Shown: piece by piece, positions 19,950-29,316 of the stretch
Position numbering within the stretch: the stretch's first letter is position 1
How the letters are laid out: each line of letters opens with the position of its first letter
DNA from: Myxococcota bacterium
GTDB taxonomy: Bacteria > Myxococcota_A > SURF-8
Length of the DNA: 64,000 bases
Assembly (NCBI GenBank): GCA_963674735.2
Contig: CAXXQS010000001.1
Span: forward strand, 896,001 to 960,000
Direction: 5' to 3'
Notes under the pieces: model-generated
Databases searched by the model: none
Told to the model about the DNA's origin: nothing
What the model saw: the letters and a program-made list of their open reading frames with translations, nothing else
Made by a program: the position numbers and the translations under genes

Positions 19950-20657
19950 CTATTCGGCAATCAGCCCGAAGGCCGAGCAGTCCATAGCGATCTTGCGCGG
20001 GAGCGGCTGCCCCAGCGCGTGTTTCTTCACAAGGATGGACACCAGCGCGCCGGTGAGCATGGAGTTGTAGATCACCGCCCGCGCCGTGCAGGGCAGCTGC
20101 ATCGACTCCTCCGCTGGGTGCAGGGTCTTTTCATAGGCCTGAGCACCCATCAGGTCACCGTGGGACTTGGCGGTGTAGATCACGATGTACTCTCCGCCCT
20201 GGCGAGGGTCGATGATGGTAATGGGCCGGGCGCGGCTGCCCTGAGCCTTGGCCTGCTCCCAGATCGTCCTGCGGGCTTCCATGTTGTCCACGCAGGAGAT
20301 GACCAGGCGCTTGGGGTCGTCACGGCCAAGGGGCTGATCGCTGTAGCGCTGGCGGAACTGGCCGGGCAGGAGGCCGGTGACGCGGTAGACCTCGACGCCT
20401 AGCGCTACGGCCTTGGACTGGCCCAAATACTCCGCGCCGTACAATTGATTCGGCTGGTTGTGCGGCTCGACCGTGTCGTCGTCGTAGAGGTTGATATCCG
20501 TGCAGCCCATCTTGGCCAGAGCGAGCGCGGTGTAGGAGCCGGAAGCCCCGGCGCCGATGATGGTGATGGGGAAGTCCAGCTTGTCGGGATGGATGATGTC
20601 AAGCTGGCGGTGGAACTGGGTGTCAAGGGTCGTGCGGTCCATGTTGTTTCGGTCCAT
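19950..20657 (-). CDS. ThiF/E1 family ubiquitin-like activating enzyme
   Basis: IIGAGASGS, DDDTVEPHNQPNQ, SKA, CVDN..AR and IDPR motifs; candidate catalytic Cys in LPCT. Confidence 0.92.
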   Translation of the reverse strand: MDRNNMDRTTLDTQFHRQLDIIHPDKLDFPITIIGAGASGSYTALALAKMGCTDINLYDDDTVEPHNQPNQLYGAEYLGQSKAVALGVEVYRVTGLLPGQFRQRYSDQPLGRDDPKRLVISCVDNMEARRTIWEQAKAQGSRARPITIIDPRQGGEYIVIYTAKSHGDLMGAQAYEKTLHPAEESMQLPCTARAVIYNSMLTGALVSILVKKHALGQPLPRKIAMDCSAFGLIAE

Positions 20658-20762
20658 ACGGGCTCCTTTTCTAATCCGTTGGTATTACAGGGGAATAGTG
20701 CTAACATGACACACTCGAAGATATCTTTCTCACCTGAGTCGTCAACGAAAGCAGAGGACGTG

Positions 20763-23069
20763 ATGCTACCAAAGCAGGCATTAAACATAGCACTGATCTT
20801 AGCGTTCGCGATTCTTACAGGATGCGAAGCGGACGATCGTTCTCTAAACGGTGACCAGCCTGTTGTTGATGGTGATGTCGATGACATCGATGACGAAGTC
20901 TCAGGCGATGAGGAGGCCCAGGTTGGCGATGACTATCGGGACGTGCGTGGTGTCCAGAGTCTGAACGGCATCTGGGAGCTTGAACAAGGTTCATTATCCG
21001 ATACCCCGCCAGACATGTACCGGCATACTGTTTCGGTTCCGGCGCTGGTGAGTGCGGCCACCCCCCGCTTCGAGGAGGTCGGTTTGAAGAGCGAACGGCG
21101 TGAAGCTTTTTGGTACCGAAGGTCCTTTTCAGTAGAGGCACCTCCAGATCGCGTCCAGTTGGTTATTCACAAGGCGAAATATGGTGTTAAAGTCTGGTTG
21201 AACGGGCGTGAGTTAGGGGAGCATTTCGGCTCCTATACCGCCAAACGTTTCGATATAACAGGTGCTGTTCATGCATCCGATCTAAACGACCTTGTGGTGC
21301 GGGTAGGCGCCTGGCTGGATGCCGTGCCCGAGGAGGTGCCGGCAGGACAGGACCCGGAGAAAATGTATTGGATTCCCGGATTATATGACGATGTGGAAAT
21401 TATCTCGTCCTCCACTCCGCACATTGTGCACACAAAAATCGAACCAGACATCGACCAACACGAAGTACGAATTGTTACCCGTATTCGGAATGACAGCGAT
21501 TCCAGGAAAGACGTGCAGGTCCGTTCGTTTGCCGTCGAGTGGAGTGGTGGCGCACGAGCGTCCGATACGGTGGATACTCATCACCTGCTCGAACCCGGCC
21601 AGGAGGCCGAGATCATTCAACTTGCAGCCCTCGAATCACCCCACCTGTGGTCGCCTGAGGATCCCTTTTTATATGCCATGCGAACATGGCTGGTGGTGGA
21701 CAGCGAGGTCTCGGACAACCTGGAAACGCGCTTCGGCATGCGCAAGGTCGAGTGGCGAAGCGGACCGGACCTCCAGGGGAAATTCATGCTGAACAACCGG
21801 CCGTACTACCTGCGAGGCTCCAACCTGACGCTGCATCGCTTTTTCGAAGACTCCATAGCCGACGGGAACGTACTGGCATGGGACAGATTGTGGGTGCGGG
21901 AACTGCTGACCACGACTCCGAAATCGCTGCACTGGAACAGTTTTCGTGTATGCGTTGGGCGTGCGCCCCGCTTCTGGTACGACCTGTTCGATGAACTCGG
22001 TTACATAATAGCAGACGAATTCATGATGTGGACGGTGATGGATAACTCGGCCAAGACCTGGAGTCTTGATGAAATGGAAAAGGAGTATACAAGCTGGATT
22101 CAGGATAACTGGAATCATCCAAGCATCAGCTGGTGGGATGCCAGCAACGAAACACAAGACCGCAAATCGTATGATAGTATCGATCGCCTTCGTCACCTGG
22201 ACCCAACGCGTCAGTGGGAAAATGGTGGATACGGGGAACCTCATGGCGAGAATGATCCCATCGAGGATCATCCCTACTTGTTTATTCCGCTGTTCTCTGA
22301 TCTTAATACCGATCTGCACGAAGTGCTGGATGAAAACGACGGGCGACCACCCCAGGGAGGGCTTGTTGGCACGTCATTGGGAACCTGGCAGGACAGCTCG
22401 CATCCCTATCTGATAAACGAGTACGGCTATGTATGGATCAACCGCGACGGCACCCCGACCGCGCTGTCCGAGCAATTTTACGAGACCTTTCTTGGTCCGG
22501 GTGTGCACGATCCGGAAACGTACCGGGAGGCATACGCCTACATCGTTGGTGGACTGACCGGATTCTGGCGCGCCAGAAGGCACTATGCCGGGATTCAACA
22601 TTTCGCATACCTTGGCTACTCCAGGCCCGGTGGCGACACCAGCGACAATTTCATTGATGTGCAAAACCTGGTGCTGGAGCCTCGCTGGCGCGCCTATGCA
22701 GAAAGTGCCTTCTCGCCCATCATGATATATATTGATTCCTGGCGGCAGGATTACACGGCAGAAGAGATACAGACGGTCCCTGTGGTGGTCATCAACGATT
22801 TGGATACAGAAGAGAGTGCAACCCTGCGTATGCGCTTGTTGACCAAGGAGGGCGAGGTGTTGTGGGAAAGCGAGCCACTGGATGTGACCATCGATGCGCT
22901 GGGGGTGAAAACGATGAATGTCGAAGTGGCGTTTCCTCAACAATCCAAGCTCATGCTTGTTGCAGAACTTGAATTGCTATACCCAGGTCTCGACCGGGTG
23001 TATAGCGTTCGCAAAATCGGGTACGATCATATTGGAGAAACAGGTCCATGGCCCGTTTTACAACAATGA
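20763..23069 (+). CDS. GH2 family glycoside hydrolase lipoprotein
   Basis: Lipobox ILTGC, SLNGIW, WSPEDPFLY, RFGMR, NHPSI..W..SNE and INEYG motifs. Confidence 0.88.
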   Translation: MLPKQALNIALILAFAILTGCEADDRSLNGDQPVVDGDVDDIDDEVSGDEEAQVGDDYRDVRGVQSLNGIWELEQGSLSDTPPDMYRHTVSVPALVSAATPRFEEVGLKSERREAFWYRRSFSVEAPPDRVQLVIHKAKYGVKVWLNGRELGEHFGSYTAKRFDITGAVHASDLNDLVVRVGAWLDAVPEEVPAGQDPEKMYWIPGLYDDVEIISSSTPHIVHTKIEPDIDQHEVRIVTRIRNDSDSRKDVQVRSFAVEWSGGARASDTVDTHHLLEPGQEAEIIQLAALESPHLWSPEDPFLYAMRTWLVVDSEVSDNLETRFGMRKVEWRSGPDLQGKFMLNNRPYYLRGSNLTLHRFFEDSIADGNVLAWDRLWVRELLTTTPKSLHWNSFRVCVGRAPRFWYDLFDELGYIIADEFMMWTVMDNSAKTWSLDEMEKEYTSWIQDNWNHPSISWWDASNETQDRKSYDSIDRLRHLDPTRQWENGGYGEPHGENDPIEDHPYLFIPLFSDLNTDLHEVLDENDGRPPQGGLVGTSLGTWQDSSHPYLINEYGYVWINRDGTPTALSEQFYETFLGPGVHDPETYREAYAYIVGGLTGFWRARRHYAGIQHFAYLGYSRPGGDTSDNFIDVQNLVLEPRWRAYAESAFSPIMIYIDSWRQDYTAEEIQTVPVVVINDLDTEESATLRMRLLTKEGEVLWESEPLDVTIDALGVKTMNVEVAFPQQSKLMLVAELELLYPGLDRVYSVRKIGYDHIGETGPWPVLQQ

Positions 23070-23170
23070 CGTCACAATTGCTGGGAAGTCAGATAAGCTC
23101 TATCCACGCCATTCCCAATCAAGTGAAGAAATCATGTCGAGGGGGGTGCGGCCTATAGGGATTCCTTCCA

Positions 23171-23521
23171 TTACTGGTGCCGCTTGATCTCTTCGATCTT
23201 GGAAAGCGGCTTGGGAGTGAAGTGGATGTCGCGTTCGATGGCCTGCAGGCCGGGGATGCGCTGGCCGTTAATGCGGGCTTCCAAGGATTCGAGTTCTTTC
23301 AGGCTGAAGTAGCCGAGTTCGCCACAGCCGGGATGGATCTCGGCCCAACCGAAGCACGTATCGCCACCTTCATGATCGAACTCGGTCAGATACCAGACGC
23401 CGTTGGAGCCGTAGGCGTGGAAAAAGCGGAGGTGCGCGATGGCCTCCATGCCCTTGCCGTCCTGGGCATACAAGGGCGGGATCACCTTGCGGATGGACTG
23501 GGGGAGTAGCTTTTGTTTCAT
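23171..23521 (-). CDS. DUF2958 family protein
   Basis: IPPLYAQD, FF...WYLTEFD, FG...ELGYFSL.ELE and IERD.HF motifs; GGAGG RBS. Confidence 0.85.
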   Translation of the reverse strand: MKQKLLPQSIRKVIPPLYAQDGKGMEAIAHLRFFHAYGSNGVWYLTEFDHEGGDTCFGWAEIHPGCGELGYFSLKELESLEARINGQRIPGLQAIERDIHFTPKPLSKIEEIKRHQ

Positions 23522-23722
23522 GGAAATGACCTCCGTTATTGGGAAAAATAGGCGCACCTGTCCGGACCATCCGGGGCGGATGTTTAGTCAGGTGGTTCAG
23601 TTGTAGGGAAATATTTAAACTAGGAGTATTTCACTGCTATTATTCTTATAGCCGATAAAGACTTGAAATTACGCTTCAATGAATACTACCAGGTACTAAT
23701 TCTCCATTGCTGTCTGATTGAG

Positions 23723-24955
23723 CTATATCGAGCGTTCCAGCATCGCTTCCACTTTCATAAACTCCTTTTCCTCATTGTACTGACGAGGATCGGCGTGGTC
23801 TACTTCGATCATGACCGTGGGAATACCGTAGCGTTTCTCAATATTTCTCATCAGGTCGATCTGCATAACCGAATAGACTTTGCATGAACGGTTGGAACTG
23901 AAGATCACGCCCGTGATATCAAAACGTTCAATCTGCTGACACATGGCTTGATAGCGCAACTCAAGCCCGTATGGACAAACCGAGAAGTTTTGTACTCGTG
24001 CCAGATCATACAATGGATTGTCGTGTTCATACCGGTATTGGTCGACATGCCCTTCAATCGTCCCCATGCAGGAAGTATAGGTTGCACAGATGACGTTAGC
24101 ATTCAATTCAGCTAGGCGGGTGGACATCTTTCGCAGTTGATGCCAAGGGGCGATGTTATCCCAGAGAAGGCGGTGCTTTTCATTGGCAACAGGGAAATCA
24201 CTTGTGTTGACGAGTTCTTCGGCTTCATCCGCCAGAAGCTTGCAGTGTTCGACGAGTTGTTGCGTACCGCGATAGCTGGTGATGTAGGGAGCCATATGTA
24301 CAAAGGAGTCGAAGGCCGTCATCCCGGCCGGATGATGTGCGGCCAGATCGAGAAAGCGCTTCCAATGTTTATTGGCCTTATCGGAAAGCCGCACGGCTTC
24401 CCGGACTTTTTCTTCATCCCAGGTTTGGCCCGTTTTCTCTTCAATCAGTGAAATAAGATCCCTGAACTGCGCGATGATATAGTCCAGGTCTTTTTCTTTC
24501 TGCGATTCGTAACAAAACGGAACATCCAAGGTAAAATGTGGAATCCTCAATTCTCGCCGATATACATCGAACCATTTGACCAGGAGGGAGCAGTTGTTAT
24601 TGTTGCTGATTAGCAGATCCGGCTTGGGCATTCCCATGCTGGGTGATCCCTCCCCCTTGGCAAACCACGTTCCCAGGTCGATGCGGGCATAAGAGCAGAG
24701 ATCCATGGAGTAGCCCTTATGTTCAGCTTTTTCCGCTTGAACGGCTCCTACACCCCTGGCAGCACACATGGCAGAATGATTTTCAGGCACGGCCACAACC
24801 AGGTCGAAACCTTTCAGCAATTCGATGGGAACGATGATGGCGATCCACGTGACAAACTTCCCACTTGCCGCCTCCGCGTGCATATGCATGAAGTAGTCGG
24901 TTACCAACTTTTTCAGACTTGCTGCTGAATTTTCCAACCTGCGACCGCTACTCAT
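23723..24955 (-). CDS. 2-hydroxyacyl-CoA dehydratase family subunit (HgdA/FldB-like)
   Basis: PENH, CSYAR, PKPD, NNC...KWF, NRSCK and VEAMLE motifs. Confidence 0.88.
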   Translation of the reverse strand: MSSGRRLENSAASLKKLVTDYFMHMHAEAASGKFVTWIAIIVPIELLKGFDLVVAVPENHSAMCAARGVGAVQAEKAEHKGYSMDLCSYARIDLGTWFAKGEGSPSMGMPKPDLLISNNNNCSLLVKWFDVYRRELRIPHFTLDVPFCYESQKEKDLDYIIAQFRDLISLIEEKTGQTWDEEKVREAVRLSDKANKHWKRFLDLAAHHPAGMTAFDSFVHMAPYITSYRGTQQLVEHCKLLADEAEELVNTSDFPVANEKHRLLWDNIAPWHQLRKMSTRLAELNANVICATYTSCMGTIEGHVDQYRYEHDNPLYDLARVQNFSVCPYGLELRYQAMCQQIERFDITGVIFSSNRSCKVYSVMQIDLMRNIEKRYGIPTVMIEVDHADPRQYNEEKEFMKVEAMLERSI

Positions 24956-26037
24956 GGTGCTTCCTCCAGCATTTCGGAAAAGGCATCGATCCGAGTTTGA
25001 ATGGCCCCATGGCTTGCATCTCCCAAAGCGAATTCCAGGACAAGTACCTTGATTCCAGCCTCTTGTAGTTTCTTTTCGAGGTAAGGAAGCTCAAAATACT
25101 CGTATTCACAGTATTTCTCTCCTACAAAGATAAACCCTTTCGCCTTCTTTTGTTTCACCAAGTCGACGATGGCATCAACCTTTCTATCCGCTGTATGGAG
25201 CAATGTGGAACAAGGAACATGATTCATGTAGAAATTGTAATAATACTCGGCCACGGAATCATAGGAGTCCGGTGTGTATCCGTTTGAGCGGCCAACCATC
25301 GCGGTGTCGTCCGCCACTACACAGAACCCAGCCTTGTCCAATGCTTCACATGCATACCGAGGAGGAGGTAGAATGCCGCTGACGACTATCCGTTTGTGCT
25401 TTTCGGGAAGTGAATCGACATTCTGAGATATGAGATAGGCATCAAGAGCTTCTATCTGCTTCTCCACCGGCAAGCCATTCAGGCTAGTCAGTTGTTGGAT
25501 TGTGCCAGCATAGCCGAACGTTCCATTCGCCATACATGTGTTAACCGCATCTAGTTTTTCTCGCAGAAGTCGGTACATCGACACACTGTCACGGAAACTG
25601 GACATCTCGAAAGCATGTCCTGTCAGTTCTTCAAGCCCTTCAATCAAATTGCTGATTTCATTTTCCAGGTAGTTGCGACCATAATCGCTGTCCAGGCGTG
25701 CAGCAGGAATATGCAGTTTCAACATCGGCAAGTCAGCATCGCCGAGACCGCAGCTGAGGATTTCAGGTAGGTTGCGGAGCGTATCGCAAGCGTTGTACAT
25801 GAACAGCGCATCCAGTTCTTTCTCTCCATCCGTCAGTATGTATTCGGTCATCTTGCGAGCAACACCACAGCAGTAATTCTGAATATGCTGGTCGGCGTGA
25901 ATCGTTTTGTCGTATTTTTCGGCGAGTCCCCACAGGATCACGGGCGTCAGCCCCATCGAATGAAACAGTTCGAGCGGCGGGTACAGAGGAAAACACCCGA
26001 TGACCGGCTTTACATTGGTTTTGCTGATGTCAGGCAT
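24952..26037 (-). CDS. 2-hydroxyacyl-CoA dehydratase family subunit (HgdB/FldC-like)
   Basis: YPPLEL, CDTLR, KYCE and QTRIDAFSEML motifs; 4-nt overlap with its partner. Confidence 0.88.
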   Translation of the reverse strand: MPDISKTNVKPVIGCFPLYPPLELFHSMGLTPVILWGLAEKYDKTIHADQHIQNYCCGVARKMTEYILTDGEKELDALFMYNACDTLRNLPEILSCGLGDADLPMLKLHIPAARLDSDYGRNYLENEISNLIEGLEELTGHAFEMSSFRDSVSMYRLLREKLDAVNTCMANGTFGYAGTIQQLTSLNGLPVEKQIEALDAYLISQNVDSLPEKHKRIVVSGILPPPRYACEALDKAGFCVVADDTAMVGRSNGYTPDSYDSVAEYYYNFYMNHVPCSTLLHTADRKVDAIVDLVKQKKAKGFIFVGEKYCEYEYFELPYLEKKLQEAGIKVLVLEFALGDASHGAIQTRIDAFSEMLEEAP

Positions 26038-26061
26038 CGCTATGGTGTATTCCTTCCATGT

Positions 26062-28605
26062 TCAGGGTTGAAGCAGTGTCTCTCTTGTTTTCTCGGCAAT
26101 GATCACATCACGATCATGCGGAATCAGTCGATACTCTCCATCGAGCCAATCGTCAATCTGATCCCCAAAACCGTATGGCATATTGTAGTAGGTTTGAAGC
26201 TTGCCGTTACTATCGAATGTCCACAGAAGTCGATAGACCGAACCGGCAGAAGAATAGCAACGTTCCATCAGGTCGCCTGAATCCCAACAGTGGCTTTGAC
26301 TGACGTTGACAGAGGAGTCATCGCCATTTTTGTTTTCACGCTTGATGATTTCTCCCGCAGGATTGTCGAAAACAGCCTCATGAATATCGCTCCACGCAAG
26401 GCTTCCGGCCTCACGAGCCGCGATGTCGGCTAAAGCATCGCCCATCGCCTGGATCATCAGCAATTCCGAGGATTCATCGAGAAACGTAGCGATCCTGTCT
26501 TTATGGATGTTCAGGGTGAACTTGGTCATGGTCACCGGTTGCGCATCATCCAGATCTTCAAAAAGCAGGGATATATCATCCCCCAGAGTTCGTTTTGACA
26601 AGTAAGCATACCAGATTCTAAATAATGCCGCTGCTTCCGAATCCCGAGTCACCATCTTATCCCAGGTTGATAGCAGATCGATCGCCTCTTGTATATCGAC
26701 GCGATCTTTGTACTCACTAAGGTTTTCGTCTGAACCAAGCAATTGACCGGCATTGGTGAGCATGGGAATAAGACCTGCAGCAAGGTTGCTGTAGCTATCC
26801 ATTTGAAGGGTCTTCATATCTTGAAGGGTGATCGGCTCAGTCCCGATCATGTCGTTTAACAAACCTGTAAGGCGTGTGGCGCGAAACCCAGGAGAGAAAT
26901 AGCTGCCGTAGTAAAATTCGTCGTTAAGCGGATTATTATCGTCCGTATGCCCCCAGGGATCGTTGTTCCCTGTTGCAATAAACGGACGCTGGGTGTGATC
27001 GAGGTAGGGAAGTTGCGTGTCAGGCAGAAAGTTCCCGTTCCAGAATGTACTCGAATCGGAACCGTCGAGAATACGGTTGGCTTGAGGTCGACTACCCATG
27101 GGACCACGATCGGGAACATTACCGTGCGCCATGAGGGTAAAACCTTCGGTACTGGCCGCCAGCCAGTTCTGCATTCCAGAAATCTGCAAGCGTGTCGCGG
27201 CTTGGAAGTCATCGAGTGTCGCCATGCGGTCGTAATCGAGATACTGGAAAACTTCGTGGCTTGGGCCGAACCCGACCCAGTTCATCAGGACACTGCCACT
27301 GGCAAAGAGAAACGAAGGAATGGGCAGGATATCTTCAGGTATCAGAATACCATATCTATCCACACTGCGGATTTCCAAGGTTTCAGTATCGAGCGTTCCA
27401 TCCTCCCGTTTGACACGGATGTCTTCCGTGCGACTATCAAACGGTATTTTATCGTTGCCGATGACAACTTTTCCATCGTTCGTAACTGTTACATCCCAAA
27501 TGTCCATTACATCGGCGAAGTTTGTGGTTGCACCCCAGGCAACCTTCGACGTATTGCCGACATGCACACCCGGTACTCCGGGAAACGAAAGTCCCATCAC
27601 ATCGAAACTTCCACCGGCATCTGCAGAATTGAGATGTGACAGGTACATATTGCTTGGGTAACCATAATGGGCGTGGGAATCGTTGGCTAGCATCGGGAAG
27701 CCGCTGGCTGTGTAGTCGCCGGAAATCGCCCAATTGTTGCTGCCTTCGCCAAGCCTCAATATTTCGCGGTATTCAAGTAATGCTTTTGTAAACGCTTCGA
27801 GTTCTACACAATCCTTCTCAGACAATACGTGTCCGGCAGTATTGGAAATGCTGCGCATCGTGTTGACAAAAGAAGCGGGCGCGCTCTCTGTCATGAAATA
27901 TGCTGACCCGCCCGGTTTGTATATGGGCAGTTCAGCCACGTTTGTCAACAATGTATCGAGCACGGAGGCGAGCATATCGAATTCCATGGTGCTGGAGAAA
28001 CCGAACACCATCATGATCCCGATTGAAATCAAATCATTTTGTGTAAACGGCTCGGGATCGAAATCATAGGTGATGAAGTCGCTTGGGAGATCTACATCTC
28101 CTGCTGTGATTTCTTCCACGCGCCGGTTAATTCCAGACGTATAGGCTACGACAAGCTGCCAGTCGTTCGGACGCTCGGCATTCATCAGGTCAATGCTCTG
28201 TTGAGCAATGCCGGTCAATCCTACCGTGCGCATGAGTTTATCCGATGTCAACTTTCTTTCACCGAATACTTCAGCGAGTCGACCAGTAGCGCGGCGACGG
28301 TTGATATCCAACTGGAATAGACGATCAACCGCTAGCTGGTATCCAGAAGCGAAAAAGAGATCGAGATCGTTCTTTGCAAAAATATGTGGCACCCCGGTCT
28401 GGTCGAAAAGGATTTCCACATTGTCGCTGAGGCCATTGAAGATTTCTACCGTTTCAGGATCCTGGTCATCATCGGTGTCGCCATCCGGACTGGTATTGTT
28501 TTCTTCATTACTGCTGCATGCCGTGATAAGCATGAGCAAAACTAGGATGCCGATCACGCGACCAAAGCCAGACACTCGAATTTGCTTTTCGGATATTCTC
28601 TTCAT
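26062..28605 (-). CDS. Penicillin acylase family (S45, Ntn hydrolase) lipoprotein
   Basis: GVPHIFA, DRLFQ, GRLAE.FG and the nucleophile motif GSNNWAISG; lipobox ITAC. Confidence 0.92.
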   Translation of the reverse strand: MKRISEKQIRVSGFGRVIGILVLLMLITACSSNEENNTSPDGDTDDDQDPETVEIFNGLSDNVEILFDQTGVPHIFAKNDLDLFFASGYQLAVDRLFQLDINRRRATGRLAEVFGERKLTSDKLMRTVGLTGIAQQSIDLMNAERPNDWQLVVAYTSGINRRVEEITAGDVDLPSDFITYDFDPEPFTQNDLISIGIMMVFGFSSTMEFDMLASVLDTLLTNVAELPIYKPGGSAYFMTESAPASFVNTMRSISNTAGHVLSEKDCVELEAFTKALLEYREILRLGEGSNNWAISGDYTASGFPMLANDSHAHYGYPSNMYLSHLNSADAGGSFDVMGLSFPGVPGVHVGNTSKVAWGATTNFADVMDIWDVTVTNDGKVVIGNDKIPFDSRTEDIRVKREDGTLDTETLEIRSVDRYGILIPEDILPIPSFLFASGSVLMNWVGFGPSHEVFQYLDYDRMATLDDFQAATRLQISGMQNWLAASTEGFTLMAHGNVPDRGPMGSRPQANRILDGSDSSTFWNGNFLPDTQLPYLDHTQRPFIATGNNDPWGHTDDNNPLNDEFYYGSYFSPGFRATRLTGLLNDMIGTEPITLQDMKTLQMDSYSNLAAGLIPMLTNAGQLLGSDENLSEYKDRVDIQEAIDLLSTWDKMVTRDSEAAALFRIWYAYLSKRTLGDDISLLFEDLDDAQPVTMTKFTLNIHKDRIATFLDESSELLMIQAMGDALADIAAREAGSLAWSDIHEAVFDNPAGEIIKRENKNGDDSSVNVSQSHCWDSGDLMERCYSSAGSVYRLLWTFDSNGKLQTYYNMPYGFGDQIDDWLDGEYRLIPHDRDVIIAEKTRETLLQP

Positions 28606-28679
28606 GAGTAAGCCTTTTCGTTTAGTGTTACCTTTCGCCAACGGATAGCAGCTATCCAGCGAAACCACAGGCCAATTTG

Positions 28680-29282
28680 TCATTCCCGGAACCCTTTGGC
28701 AAACAGATCTACCAACCGTATCAGGTCTTTATCCATTGACGAAAGCTTCTGACGACAGCCACCTTCAAACCATTCTCCAAGAATCGCACGGCTGGCTCCA
28801 AGCAGCGCGCCTGCCACGATATCGGCCCGCCGCTTGGATAAAAATGGCTTTCCAGTCCAGGATTGAAGGCTGGTGGAAATGATCTTTTCGAACTCGATAT
28901 CCAATTCCATATCTGAGGAGATCAACTCTTTGGAAGAGGTTACGATCCTGTATTCGTCCAGGAGTTGATCCTTTTGTTCTTGATACTCCTTCGATATGGC
29001 AAGCAGAGCACGTTTTAGCCGGTCGAAAGGATGGTTGGCGTCATGCCCATTTGCCAAATGTTGCCCGAGCGCTTCACGGCGATGGTCGTGATTCCAGAAC
29101 ACAATGGATTCTTTGGTCGTGAAATACCGGAAGAACGTACGTTGGGACACATCAGCCTGATCGACGATTTCATCGATCGTCGTAGCCTCAAATCCTTTTT
29201 CAAGGAAAAGCCGTGTGGCGACCTGAATCAGGAGTTCCTTGGTTTTGATTTTCTTTCGCTCTCGAAGTGGAAGACGTTCCAA
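28680..29282 (-). CDS. TetR family regulator
   Basis: LRERKK..T...LFLEKGFEATTIDEI...VSQRTFFRYF. Confidence 0.93.
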   Translation of the reverse strand: MERLPLRERKKIKTKELLIQVATRLFLEKGFEATTIDEIVDQADVSQRTFFRYFTTKESIVFWNHDHRREALGQHLANGHDANHPFDRLKRALLAISKEYQEQKDQLLDEYRIVTSSKELISSDMELDIEFEKIISTSLQSWTGKPFLSKRRADIVAGALLGASRAILGEWFEGGCRQKLSSMDKDLIRLVDLFAKGFRE

Positions 29283-29316
29283 CAGGTATCTCCTTTAGGT
29301 CATAATTCCAAGAATC